From: Candidatus Woesearchaeota archaeon
GTDB taxonomy: Archaea; Nanobdellota; Nanobdellia; UBA10117; GCA-020343615
Direction of reading: 5' to 3'
Length of the DNA stretch: 64,000 bases
Assembly: GCA_020343615.1 (NCBI GenBank)
Contig: CP070803.1
Coordinates: forward strand, 628,166-692,165
Shown: positions 38,039 to 47,718 of the stretch, in pieces
Layout of the letters: every line of letters starts with the position of its first letter
Numbering within the stretch: position 1 is the first letter of the stretch
The notes under the pieces: model-generated
The model's database searches: none
Told to the model about the DNA's origin: nothing
The model's input: only the letters and a program-made list of their open reading frames with translations
Position numbers and translations under genes: made by a program

Positions 38039-39415
38039 ATGGAAAAAAGCGAACTCAGAAAGAAAATATTAGATCAAAGGAATAAACTCACAAAAGAGGC
38101 AATACTAGATAGAAGTCTAAAAATAAAAAGAAATCTATACTTATTAAAAGAATTTAAGGAAGCAGAAGCATTTAATTGTTACGTTTCTAAAGACTCAGAA
38201 GTTTCTACTCATGATATATTAAAAGAAAATAAGAATAAGAAGCTAGTCTGCGTTCCATGTGTTAGTGAAAAGAACATAGTTAATAGTTGTCTAAAAGATT
38301 TTGATAAATTAGTTGAAAGATGTTTCGGAATTTTAGAACCGAAAACAATAGAAGAAATTAACAAATCAAAATTAGATGTTGTGATTGTTCCAGGTATAGT
38401 CTTCGATAGAAAAGGGTATAGAATTGGATATGGTATGGGTTACTATGACAGATTTTTAAGTAACTTAAATGTTATGAAGATAAGTCTGGCATATAATTTT
38501 CAAGTATTGGATAAAATACCCCATGATACTCATGATATAAAATTAGATTATATTATAACCGAAAATGAGATTATAGAGTGTAAAATGAATAAAATAATTG
38601 ACGGGCGTGAAGTAGCAGACAAAATATATTCTGAACTAAAACAAAAAATATCAAAATTACCAAGGAAACCTGGTTTAGGAGTTATATTAGTTGGAGATAA
38701 TCCTGCTTCTCTAAAGTATATTTCAATAAAAGAAGAGAAGTGTAGAGAACTCGGAATACTATTCAAGAAAGTACATCTAGAAGAAGAGATTAGTAAAGAA
38801 AAATTAATTGAAGAGATAGATAAATTAAACAACGATAAAACAATAGATGGAGTACTTATTCAACTACCGTTACCTAAATTTGATACCATTGAAATACTTT
38901 CCAATATTAAAAGAGACAAAGATGTAGAAGGTTTACACCCAGATAATTTTAGTAAATTAGTAAGAGGTGAAAAGGTTCTTACAGTTACACCAACGGCATT
39001 TATCCACCTAATGGAATATTATAATATTGATCCATCAAAAAGAGATGTAGTTATAATTAATGATAGTTATTTAATTGGAAAGCCACTAATGTACATACTT
39101 CTTAACAAAAAAGCAACAGTTGACGTCTGTAATAGGAGCACATCTAACTTAAAAAATCACACTATAAAAGCAGACATATTAATTTCTGCAGTTGGTAAAC
39201 CTAACCTTATAACTTCAGATATGGTTAAGGAGGGCGTAATCATTTTCGATGCAGGTTTTTCTTTAGTTAATAATCAAGTCGTAGGAGATGTTGATTTTGA
39301 AAATGTAAAGAATAAATGTAAGTATATAACCCCCAATCCAGGCGGAGTAGGTCCAGTAACTGTAGCACTTTTAATGCAGAATACTTATGAGTTATGTAAA
39401 AAACATTTAATCTAA
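38039..39415 (+). CDS. folD: fusion protein: 5-formyltetrahydrofolate cyclo-ligase (N-terminal) plus methylene-THF dehydrogenase/methenyl-THF cyclohydrolase FolD (C-terminal)
   Basis: The N-terminal ~185 aa (LRKKILDQRNKL...VPGIVFDRKGYRIGYGMGYYDRFL) are MTHFS-like. The remainder is FolD (IIDGREVADKI...PGLGVILVGDNPASLKYI...DGVLIQLPLP...PNPGGVGPVT). No stop separates the two parts. Confidence 0.8.
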   Translation: MEKSELRKKILDQRNKLTKEAILDRSLKIKRNLYLLKEFKEAEAFNCYVSKDSEVSTHDILKENKNKKLVCVPCVSEKNIVNSCLKDFDKLVERCFGILEPKTIEEINKSKLDVVIVPGIVFDRKGYRIGYGMGYYDRFLSNLNVMKISLAYNFQVLDKIPHDTHDIKLDYIITENEIIECKMNKIIDGREVADKIYSELKQKISKLPRKPGLGVILVGDNPASLKYISIKEEKCRELGILFKKVHLEEEISKEKLIEEIDKLNNDKTIDGVLIQLPLPKFDTIEILSNIKRDKDVEGLHPDNFSKLVRGEKVLTVTPTAFIHLMEYYNIDPSKRDVVIINDSYLIGKPLMYILLNKKATVDVCNRSTSNLKNHTIKADILISAVGKPNLITSDMVKEGVIIFDAGFSLVNNQVVGDVDFENVKNKCKYITPNPGGVGPVTVALLMQNTYELCKKHLI

Positions 39416-39628
39416 GTAACCTAGACTCTTAAGTCTTTCCTTCACCTTTTTTTCATCTTCTTTAGAGTATTCCTCTTTGTCTACCTTAATCTTATTTTCT
39501 TCTTCTAATCGGCCCACAATTTGTTTAAGAATGTAATCTACGTATCCTTCTACTGAGTCAAATTCATCCATATCTTTAATTCTTTCTTTTATTTTTTCTA
39601 TAATCTCATTATCTATTTCAACTTTCAT
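39407..39628 (-). CDS. small ribbon-helix-helix (CopG-like) protein with C-terminal RLKxLGY tail, paralog A
   Basis: MKVEIDNEIIEKIKERIK..FDSVEGYVDYILKQIV...KVKERLKSLGYLD; similar to 50767..50982 and to the C-terminal half of 42647..42976. Confidence 0.6.
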   Translation of the reverse strand: MKVEIDNEIIEKIKERIKDMDEFDSVEGYVDYILKQIVGRLEEENKIKVDKEEYSKEDEKKVKERLKSLGYLD

Positions 39629-40352
39629 TTTTTATACCTCTTATTAATTCATAAAATTCTGTTATCTTTGGAGTTTTTAAATCTTTAAAATTAGTACTCC
39701 AAAAACCATATTCACTATGGTCCCCAAATCTACCAATAGCTTTCATTCCATGATCTGAGAGGATTATCAAACTCTTAACTCTTTTATTTTTCTTTATTTT
39801 CTCAGCCATCTCATCCAGTTCTATATAAATCATTTTCATGATAACTTTATTTCCGAAATTTAGATGTCCTATAACATCTGCTACTGAAAAATATCCCAAT
39901 ACAAAGTCTCTATCTTCTCCAAGAGCTTTAAAAAACTTATCTTTAATTTTTCTATGATGATCGAAAGCATCTTTATTATACTCTTTCTTTAAGTTCTCTT
40001 TTTTTTCAAGGTTTTTAGTTTCAAAGAAGTTCTTCAAAAGTATTCTGGATTTTCCATGAAATCCTAAATCATAAGAAAATCCTGGAAGATCTAAAACAAC
40101 AGGATTTTCGAAAAAAGAGAAGAATGTTTCTTTAATGTCCCATTTTTTATTCCACATCTCTTTATTACCATCTTCTAAAACATCATCTTCCTTATTTTTT
40201 CCAGTCATAAAACTACTCCATAAAACCATAGTTCTAGGTTGAGAAAATTCAGATATATCTGTTTTTCCATAATATTTTTGCTTTAGATTTTTACAATTAA
40301 ATTCTTCTACTAAGTTATACTCTAAAGCATCTATAGCGAATATTACAATCAT
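39618..40352 (-). CDS. alkaline-phosphatase-superfamily protein, NPP/phosphodiesterase-like with putative Thr nucleophile
   Basis: [12 protein letters not shown] (metal Asp), QPRTMVLWSSFMTGKN (Thr at the nucleophile position, 9 residues before TG), ILSDHGM. Confidence 0.6.
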   Translation of the reverse strand: MIVIFAIDALEYNLVEEFNCKNLKQKYYGKTDISEFSQPRTMVLWSSFMTGKNKEDDVLEDGNKEMWNKKWDIKETFFSFFENPVVLDLPGFSYDLGFHGKSRILLKNFFETKNLEKKENLKKEYNKDAFDHHRKIKDKFFKALGEDRDFVLGYFSVADVIGHLNFGNKVIMKMIYIELDEMAEKIKKNKRVKSLIILSDHGMKAIGRFGDHSEYGFWSTNFKDLKTPKITEFYELIRGIKNES

Positions 40353-40603
40353 TTTTCAACTCCAACCCTAACTTCAAAATTAGCTGAAAACACCCAATCA
40401 TATAAGAAATATGTTATTGCGTTTATAATATTCCATATAACACTTATACCAAACGATAATTTAAGATCTCTTATAAAAAAATAAGTTACAATCGTCTGCA
40501 AACCTATAATCAATATTCTATATACTATTGATTTCCAAATTAATAACCCAACCTTAACTTTCCTTTTAGGATCGTGTTTAAATAACATTTGTTTTACCTC
40601 CAA
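40349..40603 (-). CDS. small 2-TM membrane protein, DUF2061-like
   Basis: [17 protein letters not shown]...[11 protein letters not shown] resembles the DUF2061 pattern as I remember it. I also recall this family lying next to sulfate-activation genes in other genomes (from memory, not verified). Confidence 0.45.
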   Translation of the reverse strand: MEVKQMLFKHDPKRKVKVGLLIWKSIVYRILIIGLQTIVTYFFIRDLKLSFGISVIWNIINAITYFLYDWVFSANFEVRVGVEK

Positions 40604-41828
40604 TTTCAGTGATTATTCCACCAGCACAGGTATCTTGTCTTTCCAAAACAAATCTACCTAATGTAGGTATATCATTAAAGTCCTCGAAAACAACATCCGA
40701 ACTTAACTTTATAATAACATCAGCAACCTCTCTATTTTTAATTTCATCAGCATCTTCTCTTAAAGTCTCAAGTGTTGAGGAATCTATAACTCTCTCTATT
40801 TTTTCAAGTTCACCCATAATCTCCTGTGACGATAATTTAAATAGTACTCTTTCACCTTTTTTGTAAGGTTCCCTATCCAACCAAAATAAATGTCCCTTTA
40901 CCGCACTTGTTATTTTAGGTTGTTCTTCATCTTTATGAGTAAGTATGCACCCTCTATCTAAGAAAAGACCATCTTCAGTGACTATCCCAATACTTTTTCC
41001 AGCTTCAGCTTCTTTAGGTGCCTTAAGCCACTCCTTTATTTCCTTTACTTTTGTAGTTTCCTTAGACGGAAGAACAAGTATCTCATCATTTTCTTTTATT
41101 AATCCACTTAAAACCATACCAGCATTTATCCTTTCATCAAATTTGTAGACATCTTGAACAGCAAACCTAGTTGGTCTATCAATTAAAGACTCTTCCTTAC
41201 TAAAACTATCAAGAGCGTCCAAAACTGTAGGTCCATCAAACCATTTTAAGTTCTCAGTTTTTTTAGCAATAAAGTCACCTTCTTTAGCAGATATTGGAAT
41301 AATATAAGATGGTTTTATATTGAGTTTATCTAAAAATTCTATAAGCTCTTTTTTTACCTCATTAAATCTATCCTTACTATAATCAACAAGATCCATTTTA
41401 TTTATAGTTACAATAACTTGTTTTAACCCCAACATTTTCAAGATGTAGGAATGTCTTCTTGTTTGTTCTTTAACACCTTCATTAGCATCGACAATTAGAA
41501 TTGCTGCTTCAGCCTGAGAGGCACCAGTAATCATATTTTTTATAAATTCTACATGACCCGGAGCATCTATAATTGTATATTCTCTCTTATCAGTACGGAA
41601 AAATGTTTGAGCAGTATCTATAGTAACACCCTGATCTCTCTCTTCCGCCAAGTGATCCATCACATATCCAAACTCTATATCCTTACCAAGAGATTCACAT
41701 ATTTGTTTTATTTCTTCAATTTTTCCTTCAGGTAGAGAATCAGTATCATAAAACAACCTACCTATAAGTGTAGATTTCCCATGATCAACATGCCCAACAA
41801 TTACAAATCTTAAGTTTTCCTTTTCCAT
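40578..41828 (-). CDS. cysN: sulfate adenylyltransferase subunit 1 (CysN, EF-Tu-like GTPase), without a fused APS-kinase domain
   Basis: [23 protein letters not shown]. About 416 aa from the ATG at 41828 (the listed start at 41843 is a TTG). Confidence 0.85.
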   Translation of the reverse strand: MEKENLRFVIVGHVDHGKSTLIGRLFYDTDSLPEGKIEEIKQICESLGKDIEFGYVMDHLAEERDQGVTIDTAQTFFRTDKREYTIIDAPGHVEFIKNMITGASQAEAAILIVDANEGVKEQTRRHSYILKMLGLKQVIVTINKMDLVDYSKDRFNEVKKELIEFLDKLNIKPSYIIPISAKEGDFIAKKTENLKWFDGPTVLDALDSFSKEESLIDRPTRFAVQDVYKFDERINAGMVLSGLIKENDEILVLPSKETTKVKEIKEWLKAPKEAEAGKSIGIVTEDGLFLDRGCILTHKDEEQPKITSAVKGHLFWLDREPYKKGERVLFKLSSQEIMGELEKIERVIDSSTLETLREDADEIKNREVADVIIKLSSDVVFEDFNDIPTLGRFVLERQDTCAGGIITEIGGKTNVI

Positions 41829-41829
41829 T

Positions 41830-42642
41830 TTACATATACCCAAGAGCTCTAAGCTTTTGCATAGCTTGAGCCTCTTCTTTATCTTGAGCCCTTCCAGATC
41901 TTTCAGCGATTTTACTTTCTCTGATTTCTTTTATTATCTCATCAACATTAGTTGCTTTACTAGGCATAGGAGAAGTACAAGGGACACAACCCAAACTTCT
42001 GTAACGAACCATCTTTCCATCTCTTTTTTTAGCAAAATATAGAGAATTTACAGGAAGATTCTCTCTTTTAACATACTTCCAGACATCTATTTCAGTCCAT
42101 TCAAGTAAGGGGTGGATTCTAAGATGTTGCTCAGATTCTTTTTGGGATTTGTACTGATCCCATAACTCTGGAGCCTGGTTCTTGTAATCCCATCTAAAAT
42201 CTTTATTTCTAGGGCTGAATATTCTTTCTTTGGCTCTTATTCCATGTTCATCTCTTCTTATACCTAATAATAAAGCCTCAAACTTGTACTTATCAATTGT
42301 TTTCTTAAGAGCATCAGTTTTTCTTGCAGTACAGCAATCTAATTTATCTTCAGGACTAATCCCTTTTTTATCCGATTCATCAATATTATCAGATACAATT
42401 AGATTGAGATCCCATTTCTTTACACATTCATCCCTAAAATCATACATTTCCTTGAAATGTTTTCCAGTGTCTATATACACAACTGGAAATGGTACGTTTC
42501 CAAAGAAAGCCTTTTTTGCAAGCCAAATAAGAACGGTAGAATCTTTACCAATCGACCACAACATAGCGATTTTTCTAAATTTTTTATATGCTTCTCTAAT
42601 TATATATATACTCTTACTCTCTAATTCATCTAGATGATCCAT
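41830..42642 (-). CDS. cysD: sulfate adenylyltransferase subunit 2 (CysD, PAPS-reductase-fold ATP pyrophosphatase)
   Basis: [12 protein letters not shown]...[10 protein letters not shown] (PP-loop SxGxDS). 270 aa; its stop lies 1 nt before the cysN ATG. Confidence 0.85.
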   Translation of the reverse strand: MDHLDELESKSIYIIREAYKKFRKIAMLWSIGKDSTVLIWLAKKAFFGNVPFPVVYIDTGKHFKEMYDFRDECVKKWDLNLIVSDNIDESDKKGISPEDKLDCCTARKTDALKKTIDKYKFEALLLGIRRDEHGIRAKERIFSPRNKDFRWDYKNQAPELWDQYKSQKESEQHLRIHPLLEWTEIDVWKYVKRENLPVNSLYFAKKRDGKMVRYRSLGCVPCTSPMPSKATNVDEIIKEIRESKIAERSGRAQDKEEAQAMQKLRALGYM

Positions 42643-42646
42643 TTCT

Positions 42647-42976
42647 TCACAAATATCCTAAATTTTCAAGCCTCTTTTTGATTTTAATCTCATCAGACTC
42701 ACTAAGCTTTACATCTTCAGACAGTATAAGGCGCAACATAAAAGTGACGTATTCTGAAACTGAAGATATATCCGTGTCTTTGATTTTATCTTTCAATTTG
42801 TTAGATAATTTAGAGGGTATAGATACAATTGTTTTTTCACGATCCAATTCCTTAAAAACAGAAATCATATCACTAAGTAACTCTTGGTATGAGATATCCC
42901 TATTAGAAGCTAAAATTCTCAATTCTTTCCTCAAGTTTTCAGAAACTTGAATAGTAGTTCTGTTTTTCATAACCAT
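42647..42976 (-). CDS. double ribbon-helix-helix protein with C-terminal RLENLGYL tail, paralog C
   Basis: N-terminal RHH (TTIQVSENLRKELRILASNRDISYQELLSDMISVF). A second RHH-like unit (IVSIPSKLSNKLKDKIKDTDISSVSEYVTFMLRLIL) and the tail (IKKRLENLGYL) match paralogs A and B. Confidence 0.6.
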   Translation of the reverse strand: MVMKNRTTIQVSENLRKELRILASNRDISYQELLSDMISVFKELDREKTIVSIPSKLSNKLKDKIKDTDISSVSEYVTFMLRLILSEDVKLSESDEIKIKKRLENLGYL

Positions 42977-43028
42977 ACATATAATTATGTATGATTATAT
43001 AAATCTTTCCTTTATTGAATTTAAAGAA

Positions 43029-43730
43029 TTAATTTTTTCCGAGAATGGCTATGTGTTTTAAAACTGGATGAATGATAAAATATGTTTCTCCTTCATCTTT
43101 TTGGATAGGTATATCTGGAAACTCACCAATTTTTAAATAGTCCTTTATAACAGATACCAACAAATCTGCTCTTATATACGGATCGTATTCATAGTCTATA
43201 ATAGTTCTATCTTTTGGAGGAGCATATTCTTTCATTTTGATAACACCCCCCGCATCTATCCTTTTTTCTAGAAAAAAAGCGCTCGCAAAACATTTATTCT
43301 CTTTTAATATACTATAATAAACAGTAGTGCTTCCTCTATAGCCTGGAAGACTGCCCGGGTGTACATGAAGAAATTTCTTCCCACAATTAAGAATATCCTC
43401 TTTCAAAATAGCTCCTCCACTCCCAGAATAAATGAAATATTTTTCAGGTCTCTTTTTTAAAATCTTAATAACTGTCTCACTGTTAATATCTTTTGTAGGA
43501 CAGATTTCAAAAGATATATTATTATCTTTTATAGTTTGCATTATATCTTCATTTAAATCAAAATATTCATTTGAACTTCTTATCTTTTTTTTAAGTTGTC
43601 CTGGAGAAACCTTTTTGTCTTCCATTATAATAACATGTGAAGGAATAAGATTTTCCGCAACTAGTTTTTGTAAGTAAGCCTGTGATCTTGGAGACGAAAC
43701 GATTAACATACCTACATTATTAATTATCAT
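43029..43730 (-). CDS. formyltransferase-fold protein (Formyl_trans_N-like)
   Basis: FLHVHPGSLPGYRGSTT...RIDAGGVI parallels the HPSLLPxYRG...DxG core of Fmt/PurN-type enzymes. Confidence 0.55.
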   Translation of the reverse strand: MIINNVGMLIVSSPRSQAYLQKLVAENLIPSHVIIMEDKKVSPGQLKKKIRSSNEYFDLNEDIMQTIKDNNISFEICPTKDINSETVIKILKKRPEKYFIYSGSGGAILKEDILNCGKKFLHVHPGSLPGYRGSTTVYYSILKENKCFASAFFLEKRIDAGGVIKMKEYAPPKDRTIIDYEYDPYIRADLLVSVIKDYLKIGEFPDIPIQKDEGETYFIIHPVLKHIAILGKN

Positions 43731-44458
43731 AACTCCACCTTTTTTGTTTTGATTAAACTACTAATTGCTTGTTTTTCTAATTTTAATAATAAATAACTAA
43801 TAATTAATTCTTCACGTGTTTCTATTTTGTCGATAACTGAACAAATCGTGTCATTTATTTTTAGAGTTGCATTTAAGAATTTAAAGTTACGTGAGAAATT
43901 ATAATAATCCATAATTAAAAATGATAGTAAGATGTAATTTTTGATAGTTCTATAATCAGATTCATTTTTTACAAAATTTTTAGCATACGAGTCACATATT
44001 TTTTTTGTAACTTCAAATTTTTTCAGTAATTTACTCAACACAAAATAGAATTTTTCTTTGTTATCCACATTCAACATCATTAAAATTAATTTTTCTAGTG
44101 CTGATTTAGTAATTATTTCTTCATTTCCGAGAGTCTCAAGGAACGAATTAGTTTCTTCTAAGGAAAATTTATCAAACTCTTGAATTATTAATGAATTACT
44201 TATTTTATTATTTTCTTCCAAAATCTTTATTTTATTAGCGAAATTTATAACACACGAACCCACTTTAGTTAATTCTATTTTTTCACTAGAGTTTTGATTA
44301 GAGAAAAGGTTTTCTAATATTTTCTCTTGACATTCCTTTCGATATTCAAAAAATTCATTAAGAAAATCTTTTCCATTATACAGAGTATACATATATATAT
44401 TAGGAGATTCAATCCTATTGATTTTTGAATATTCATAAACCATAGTTTTTATTTTCAA
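43727..44458 (-). CDS. hypothetical, predicted helical protein
   Basis: 243 aa with no motif recognised. Overlaps both neighbours (4 nt and 26 nt), so it belongs to the operon. Confidence 0.4.
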   Translation of the reverse strand: MKIKTMVYEYSKINRIESPNIYMYTLYNGKDFLNEFFEYRKECQEKILENLFSNQNSSEKIELTKVGSCVINFANKIKILEENNKISNSLIIQEFDKFSLEETNSFLETLGNEEIITKSALEKLILMMLNVDNKEKFYFVLSKLLKKFEVTKKICDSYAKNFVKNESDYRTIKNYILLSFLIMDYYNFSRNFKFLNATLKINDTICSVIDKIETREELIISYLLLKLEKQAISSLIKTKKVEL

Positions 44459-45560
44459 ACATTATTTCTTTTAATTCTTCTTTATATTTTTTAATTATAC
44501 TATCATTTTTAGCATAAATATTATTTTTTTCTTCAGGATCCTTTTCTAGATCATAAAATTCCCAAGTAGAAGGCGTTTTGTTACAAATAAGTTTTTTATC
44601 ATCATGTCTTACACAAAAAACATTATGTTCTTCCGGTGACGGCCAAGGACCTTTTATTCCTCCAGTTTCAATAAAAGCGACTCTATCCTTTTTTTCTTTT
44701 TCTTTTATTATAGGAATCAAACTTTTACCCTGCATTGTTATAAAAGAAAAGTCTTCAGGAATATTTAACATTCTTAATATTGTAGGCATTATATCAATTA
44801 TTCTACATTGAACACGAGTTTTCGAAGTTTTGATATTAGGAGCATAAAGATAACAAAACGATTTTACAGTATAATCATAAGTAAATACACCATATATTTT
44901 TTCTCCAACTTTTTCTCCAACACTTGTTCCATGATCTGAGTGATAGATTATTATGCTGTTATCGAATAATTTTAACTCTTCAAATAATCTGTTCATTTTT
45001 CCAACGTACTCATTGCATTCTTTTACAAAACCCTCATAACGTTGAATATTTTTCTTAATATTTCCAAAATACTCTTCACTAAAATCATCATATTTTTCAG
45101 CAACTTCTTTCACTAGTCTGTTATGTATAGGACTATATTGTATATGTAAGAAAAAAGGCTCTTTCTTAATTAACTCCTTTATTAATTCTTTTTGTCTTAA
45201 AAACATATCAATATTTTTTTTATGAACCATTACTTCATCAAACCCTTGTTCAGGAAGAAGGCATTTGTTTACTACATCAGAAACACAGTAATAATTTTTT
45301 TCTTTTAAGTATTGAGATAGAGTTTTACATATATTTTTTTTAAATCTGAACATTCTATAGTAACCATTTACTCCATTTTTTGAAGGATGCATTCCTGTAT
45401 GAAGTGTGTGAAAAGACGCCATAGTATACGGAGAATTTGTAATCATATTACTAAAGAAAAAACTTTTTTTCTCAAACTCTTTTAAATTGTTACATAAATT
45501 TAGTCTATCTCTTCTTAATGCATCTAAAGTTATTATAATAACGTTTTTCAAAGTAATCAC
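44433..45560 (-). CDS. sulfatase-family (alkaline-phosphatase superfamily) protein with Thr in place of the Cys/Ser-x-Pro-x-Arg nucleophile motif
   Basis: IIITLDALRRDRL, NSPYTMASFHTLHTGMHPSKNGV (Thr aligns with the sulfatase Cys; no P or R follows), YHSDHGTSVGE. Confidence 0.65.
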   Translation of the reverse strand: MITLKNVIIITLDALRRDRLNLCNNLKEFEKKSFFFSNMITNSPYTMASFHTLHTGMHPSKNGVNGYYRMFRFKKNICKTLSQYLKEKNYYCVSDVVNKCLLPEQGFDEVMVHKKNIDMFLRQKELIKELIKKEPFFLHIQYSPIHNRLVKEVAEKYDDFSEEYFGNIKKNIQRYEGFVKECNEYVGKMNRLFEELKLFDNSIIIYHSDHGTSVGEKVGEKIYGVFTYDYTVKSFCYLYAPNIKTSKTRVQCRIIDIMPTILRMLNIPEDFSFITMQGKSLIPIIKEKEKKDRVAFIETGGIKGPWPSPEEHNVFCVRHDDKKLICNKTPSTWEFYDLEKDPEEKNNIYAKNDSIIKKYKEELKEIMFENKNYGL

Positions 45561-46348
45561 CCTTCTAAATCAATAAATCTATTTAATGTTTTATTTTCCA
45601 ACCATGATTGATATTTTTCATAATCTTCATCAGTATCAAATTCAAGCCAACTGTTTTTGATATTTATTGTTTTTACAAGGTATCCATTATTAATCAATGC
45701 CTGTAACATACAAGTCATATACGCTTTTTTGAATGATTTTGAATTTAACCAAGGTTCATCTTTATCGAAATATTTCTCTTTATTCTCATGATAAACTTTC
45801 TTGAGTGCTTCAACACGGTACTTTGAAAATTTAATTAATCCAACATATCTTATTTTAGCCTCGTCAGGTGAACAATTACAATTCCCCAACTCAACTATTC
45901 TACCATCTTTATCAACAACCAAACTTTCCATATCTTCTTTAGGTTTATCAAGTCTTGCACTCCAATAAGCTAGATAATCTGTATCCACAGTTACTCCAAT
46001 ATCTGATCTATCCGATAAAATCTTATTTATCACTCTTTTTTCATAGATTATGTCTCCATAACATACAAGAATTTCATCAATCATTTCTTCTTCAGCGCTA
46101 AAGAGTGTTTCTACCATATTTGTATTTTCATAATCCTCGTTCGTATAGTATTTAACATCTGGAATTTTTATTTTATCCGCCATGTATCCTTTTACTATAG
46201 TAATATCAGTTACACCGCAGGCTCTTAGCGTTTCTATTTGTCTCTGAATAAGGCTTTTTCCATTAAATTTTAACATACATTTAGGTAAGTTTTTAGTATA
46301 TTTTTTTAATCTTGTCCCTTTTCCTGCAGCGAGAATTATTGCTTTCAT
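45557..46348 (-). CDS. NTP-transferase (sugar/phospho-compound nucleotidyltransferase; same family as LicC and Cj1416)
   Basis: MKAIILAAGKGTRLKKYTKNLPKCML signature; 263 aa. Confidence 0.75.
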   Translation of the reverse strand: MKAIILAAGKGTRLKKYTKNLPKCMLKFNGKSLIQRQIETLRACGVTDITIVKGYMADKIKIPDVKYYTNEDYENTNMVETLFSAEEEMIDEILVCYGDIIYEKRVINKILSDRSDIGVTVDTDYLAYWSARLDKPKEDMESLVVDKDGRIVELGNCNCSPDEAKIRYVGLIKFSKYRVEALKKVYHENKEKYFDKDEPWLNSKSFKKAYMTCMLQALINNGYLVKTINIKNSWLEFDTDEDYEKYQSWLENKTLNRFIDLEG

Positions 46349-46356
46349 TTTGATAA

Positions 46357-47013
46357 TTAATTTTTCTTTAGAATAAGAAAGATTCTTTCTTTTACATTAT
46401 AAGGATAATTAGAAGGTACTCTTTTATGAACTAATATATCGAAATGTTTCTTTAAATGTTCCAGTTTTGGTTGAAATATTTCTTCTTCACTGTCTTCTGC
46501 CTGACTTTCAAATATAAGTAAGCCTTTAGGTTTTAATATTGAAATAATCTTGTCTATATATTCAATAAAGTTAAACTTAGTATTCTCGTCTATGGTAGAA
46601 TCATTAGCAAGTGAGAATACTATATCTTTTCGGCCAATCACAATATAATCCTCGAAAGAACAGGCGTGGAAATTGGCGTTTTTAATTCCTAGAAACTTTT
46701 TAGTTTCGTCAGAGATCATTACTAAATAAGGGTTTATCTCGACGCCTTCTATATGCTTTAAGTAGTCAGATAATAGTAGAGTTAAGAAACCGTTGTTACT
46801 GCCTATGTCTAGAGCTGTCTTGTCACGGGAGAGGTATTTTCCTATGTTGTACCTCCTAAACCTCTCTTCTGTAGGTCTGGCTCCCTTTATTCCGACCCTA
46901 TCAAATCCCTGGTAGAACCCTCCCTCTTCTTCACTATATCTAAAAGACGGCCAGTTTTCTTCCTGTTCCTTAAGATGACTCTTCAGTTTTTCATGTAATT
47001 CTGTTAATTCCAT
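46357..47013 (-). CDS. class I SAM-dependent methyltransferase
   Basis: ALDIGSNNGFLTLLL (motif I), GVEINP (motif II). Confidence 0.7.
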   Translation of the reverse strand: MELTELHEKLKSHLKEQEENWPSFRYSEEEGGFYQGFDRVGIKGARPTEERFRRYNIGKYLSRDKTALDIGSNNGFLTLLLSDYLKHIEGVEINPYLVMISDETKKFLGIKNANFHACSFEDYIVIGRKDIVFSLANDSTIDENTKFNFIEYIDKIISILKPKGLLIFESQAEDSEEEIFQPKLEHLKKHFDILVHKRVPSNYPYNVKERIFLILKKN

Positions 47014-47016
47014 TTT

Positions 47017-47718
47017 TTATTTTTCTCTCCAAAATAATTCTTTATTAATAAATAGTTTTATGATTTTTTCATTTAATTGCTCATCATGATCTAATTTATT
47101 TCTTTCAGGATGCCACTGTATTCCTGCTATAGGCAGTTTTGGATGAAATATTCCTTCAATTATGCCATCTTCCGCTATTGCAAATGGTTTTAATTCAGAA
47201 GATAGTGTTTTCGAATTAACACCTTGATTATGATATGAGTTCACATTTGCTTCTTTACACAATTCTTTTTTTACAACTTCATCAATGATTTTGATTTTAT
47301 GAGTTTTAGCTACATGTTCAATTTTTGATTCTATTTCTTCTTTTATATTAGATATTAGTTTTCCATTAAAAAACACATTTATAAATTGCATACCTCTACA
47401 AATTCCTAAAACAGGAAGGTTTTTTTCTATACTTGTTTTTAACATGTTTTTTTCAATCTCATCTCTTTCTTCAGAGAAATCATCACTTTTATATTCTTCA
47501 CCACCATAATTTTTAGGACGTACAGAATTCCCTCCAGATAATATTACTCCAGAAATATATAATTTTTCAAAGTAATAATTAAAATTCTTTGTTGAATTAG
47601 GTATTGTTATAAGCTTTATCCCAAATTTTTCAAGATAATTAATATAGTTGTTTTCTAAATTATCTATCAAATCGCCATTCTTATTTCTATCGTTTCTTTG
47701 AGATATTGCAACTATCAT
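47017..47718 (-). CDS. class I glutamine amidotransferase-like / peptidase C26 gamma-glutamyl hydrolase
   Basis: LPVLGICRGMQFINV (nucleophile Cys), GIQWHPE (His/Glu). Confidence 0.75.
   Translation of the reverse strand: MIVAISQRNDRNKNGDLIDNLENNYINYLEKFGIKLITIPNSTKNFNYYFEKLYISGVILSGGNSVRPKNYGGEEYKSDDFSEERDEIEKNMLKTSIEKNLPVLGICRGMQFINVFFNGKLISNIKEEIESKIEHVAKTHKIKIIDEVVKKELCKEANVNSYHNQGVNSKTLSSELKPFAIAEDGIIEGIFHPKLPIAGIQWHPERNKLDHDEQLNEKIIKLFINKELFWREK

Noticed and set aside
44433-45560. Annotating this ORF as a true (aryl)sulfatase acting on sulfated glycans
   Set aside because: The formylglycine-generating C/S-x-P-x-R motif is absent and Thr occupies the nucleophile position. A phosphodiesterase or phosphotransferase chemistry is more likely.
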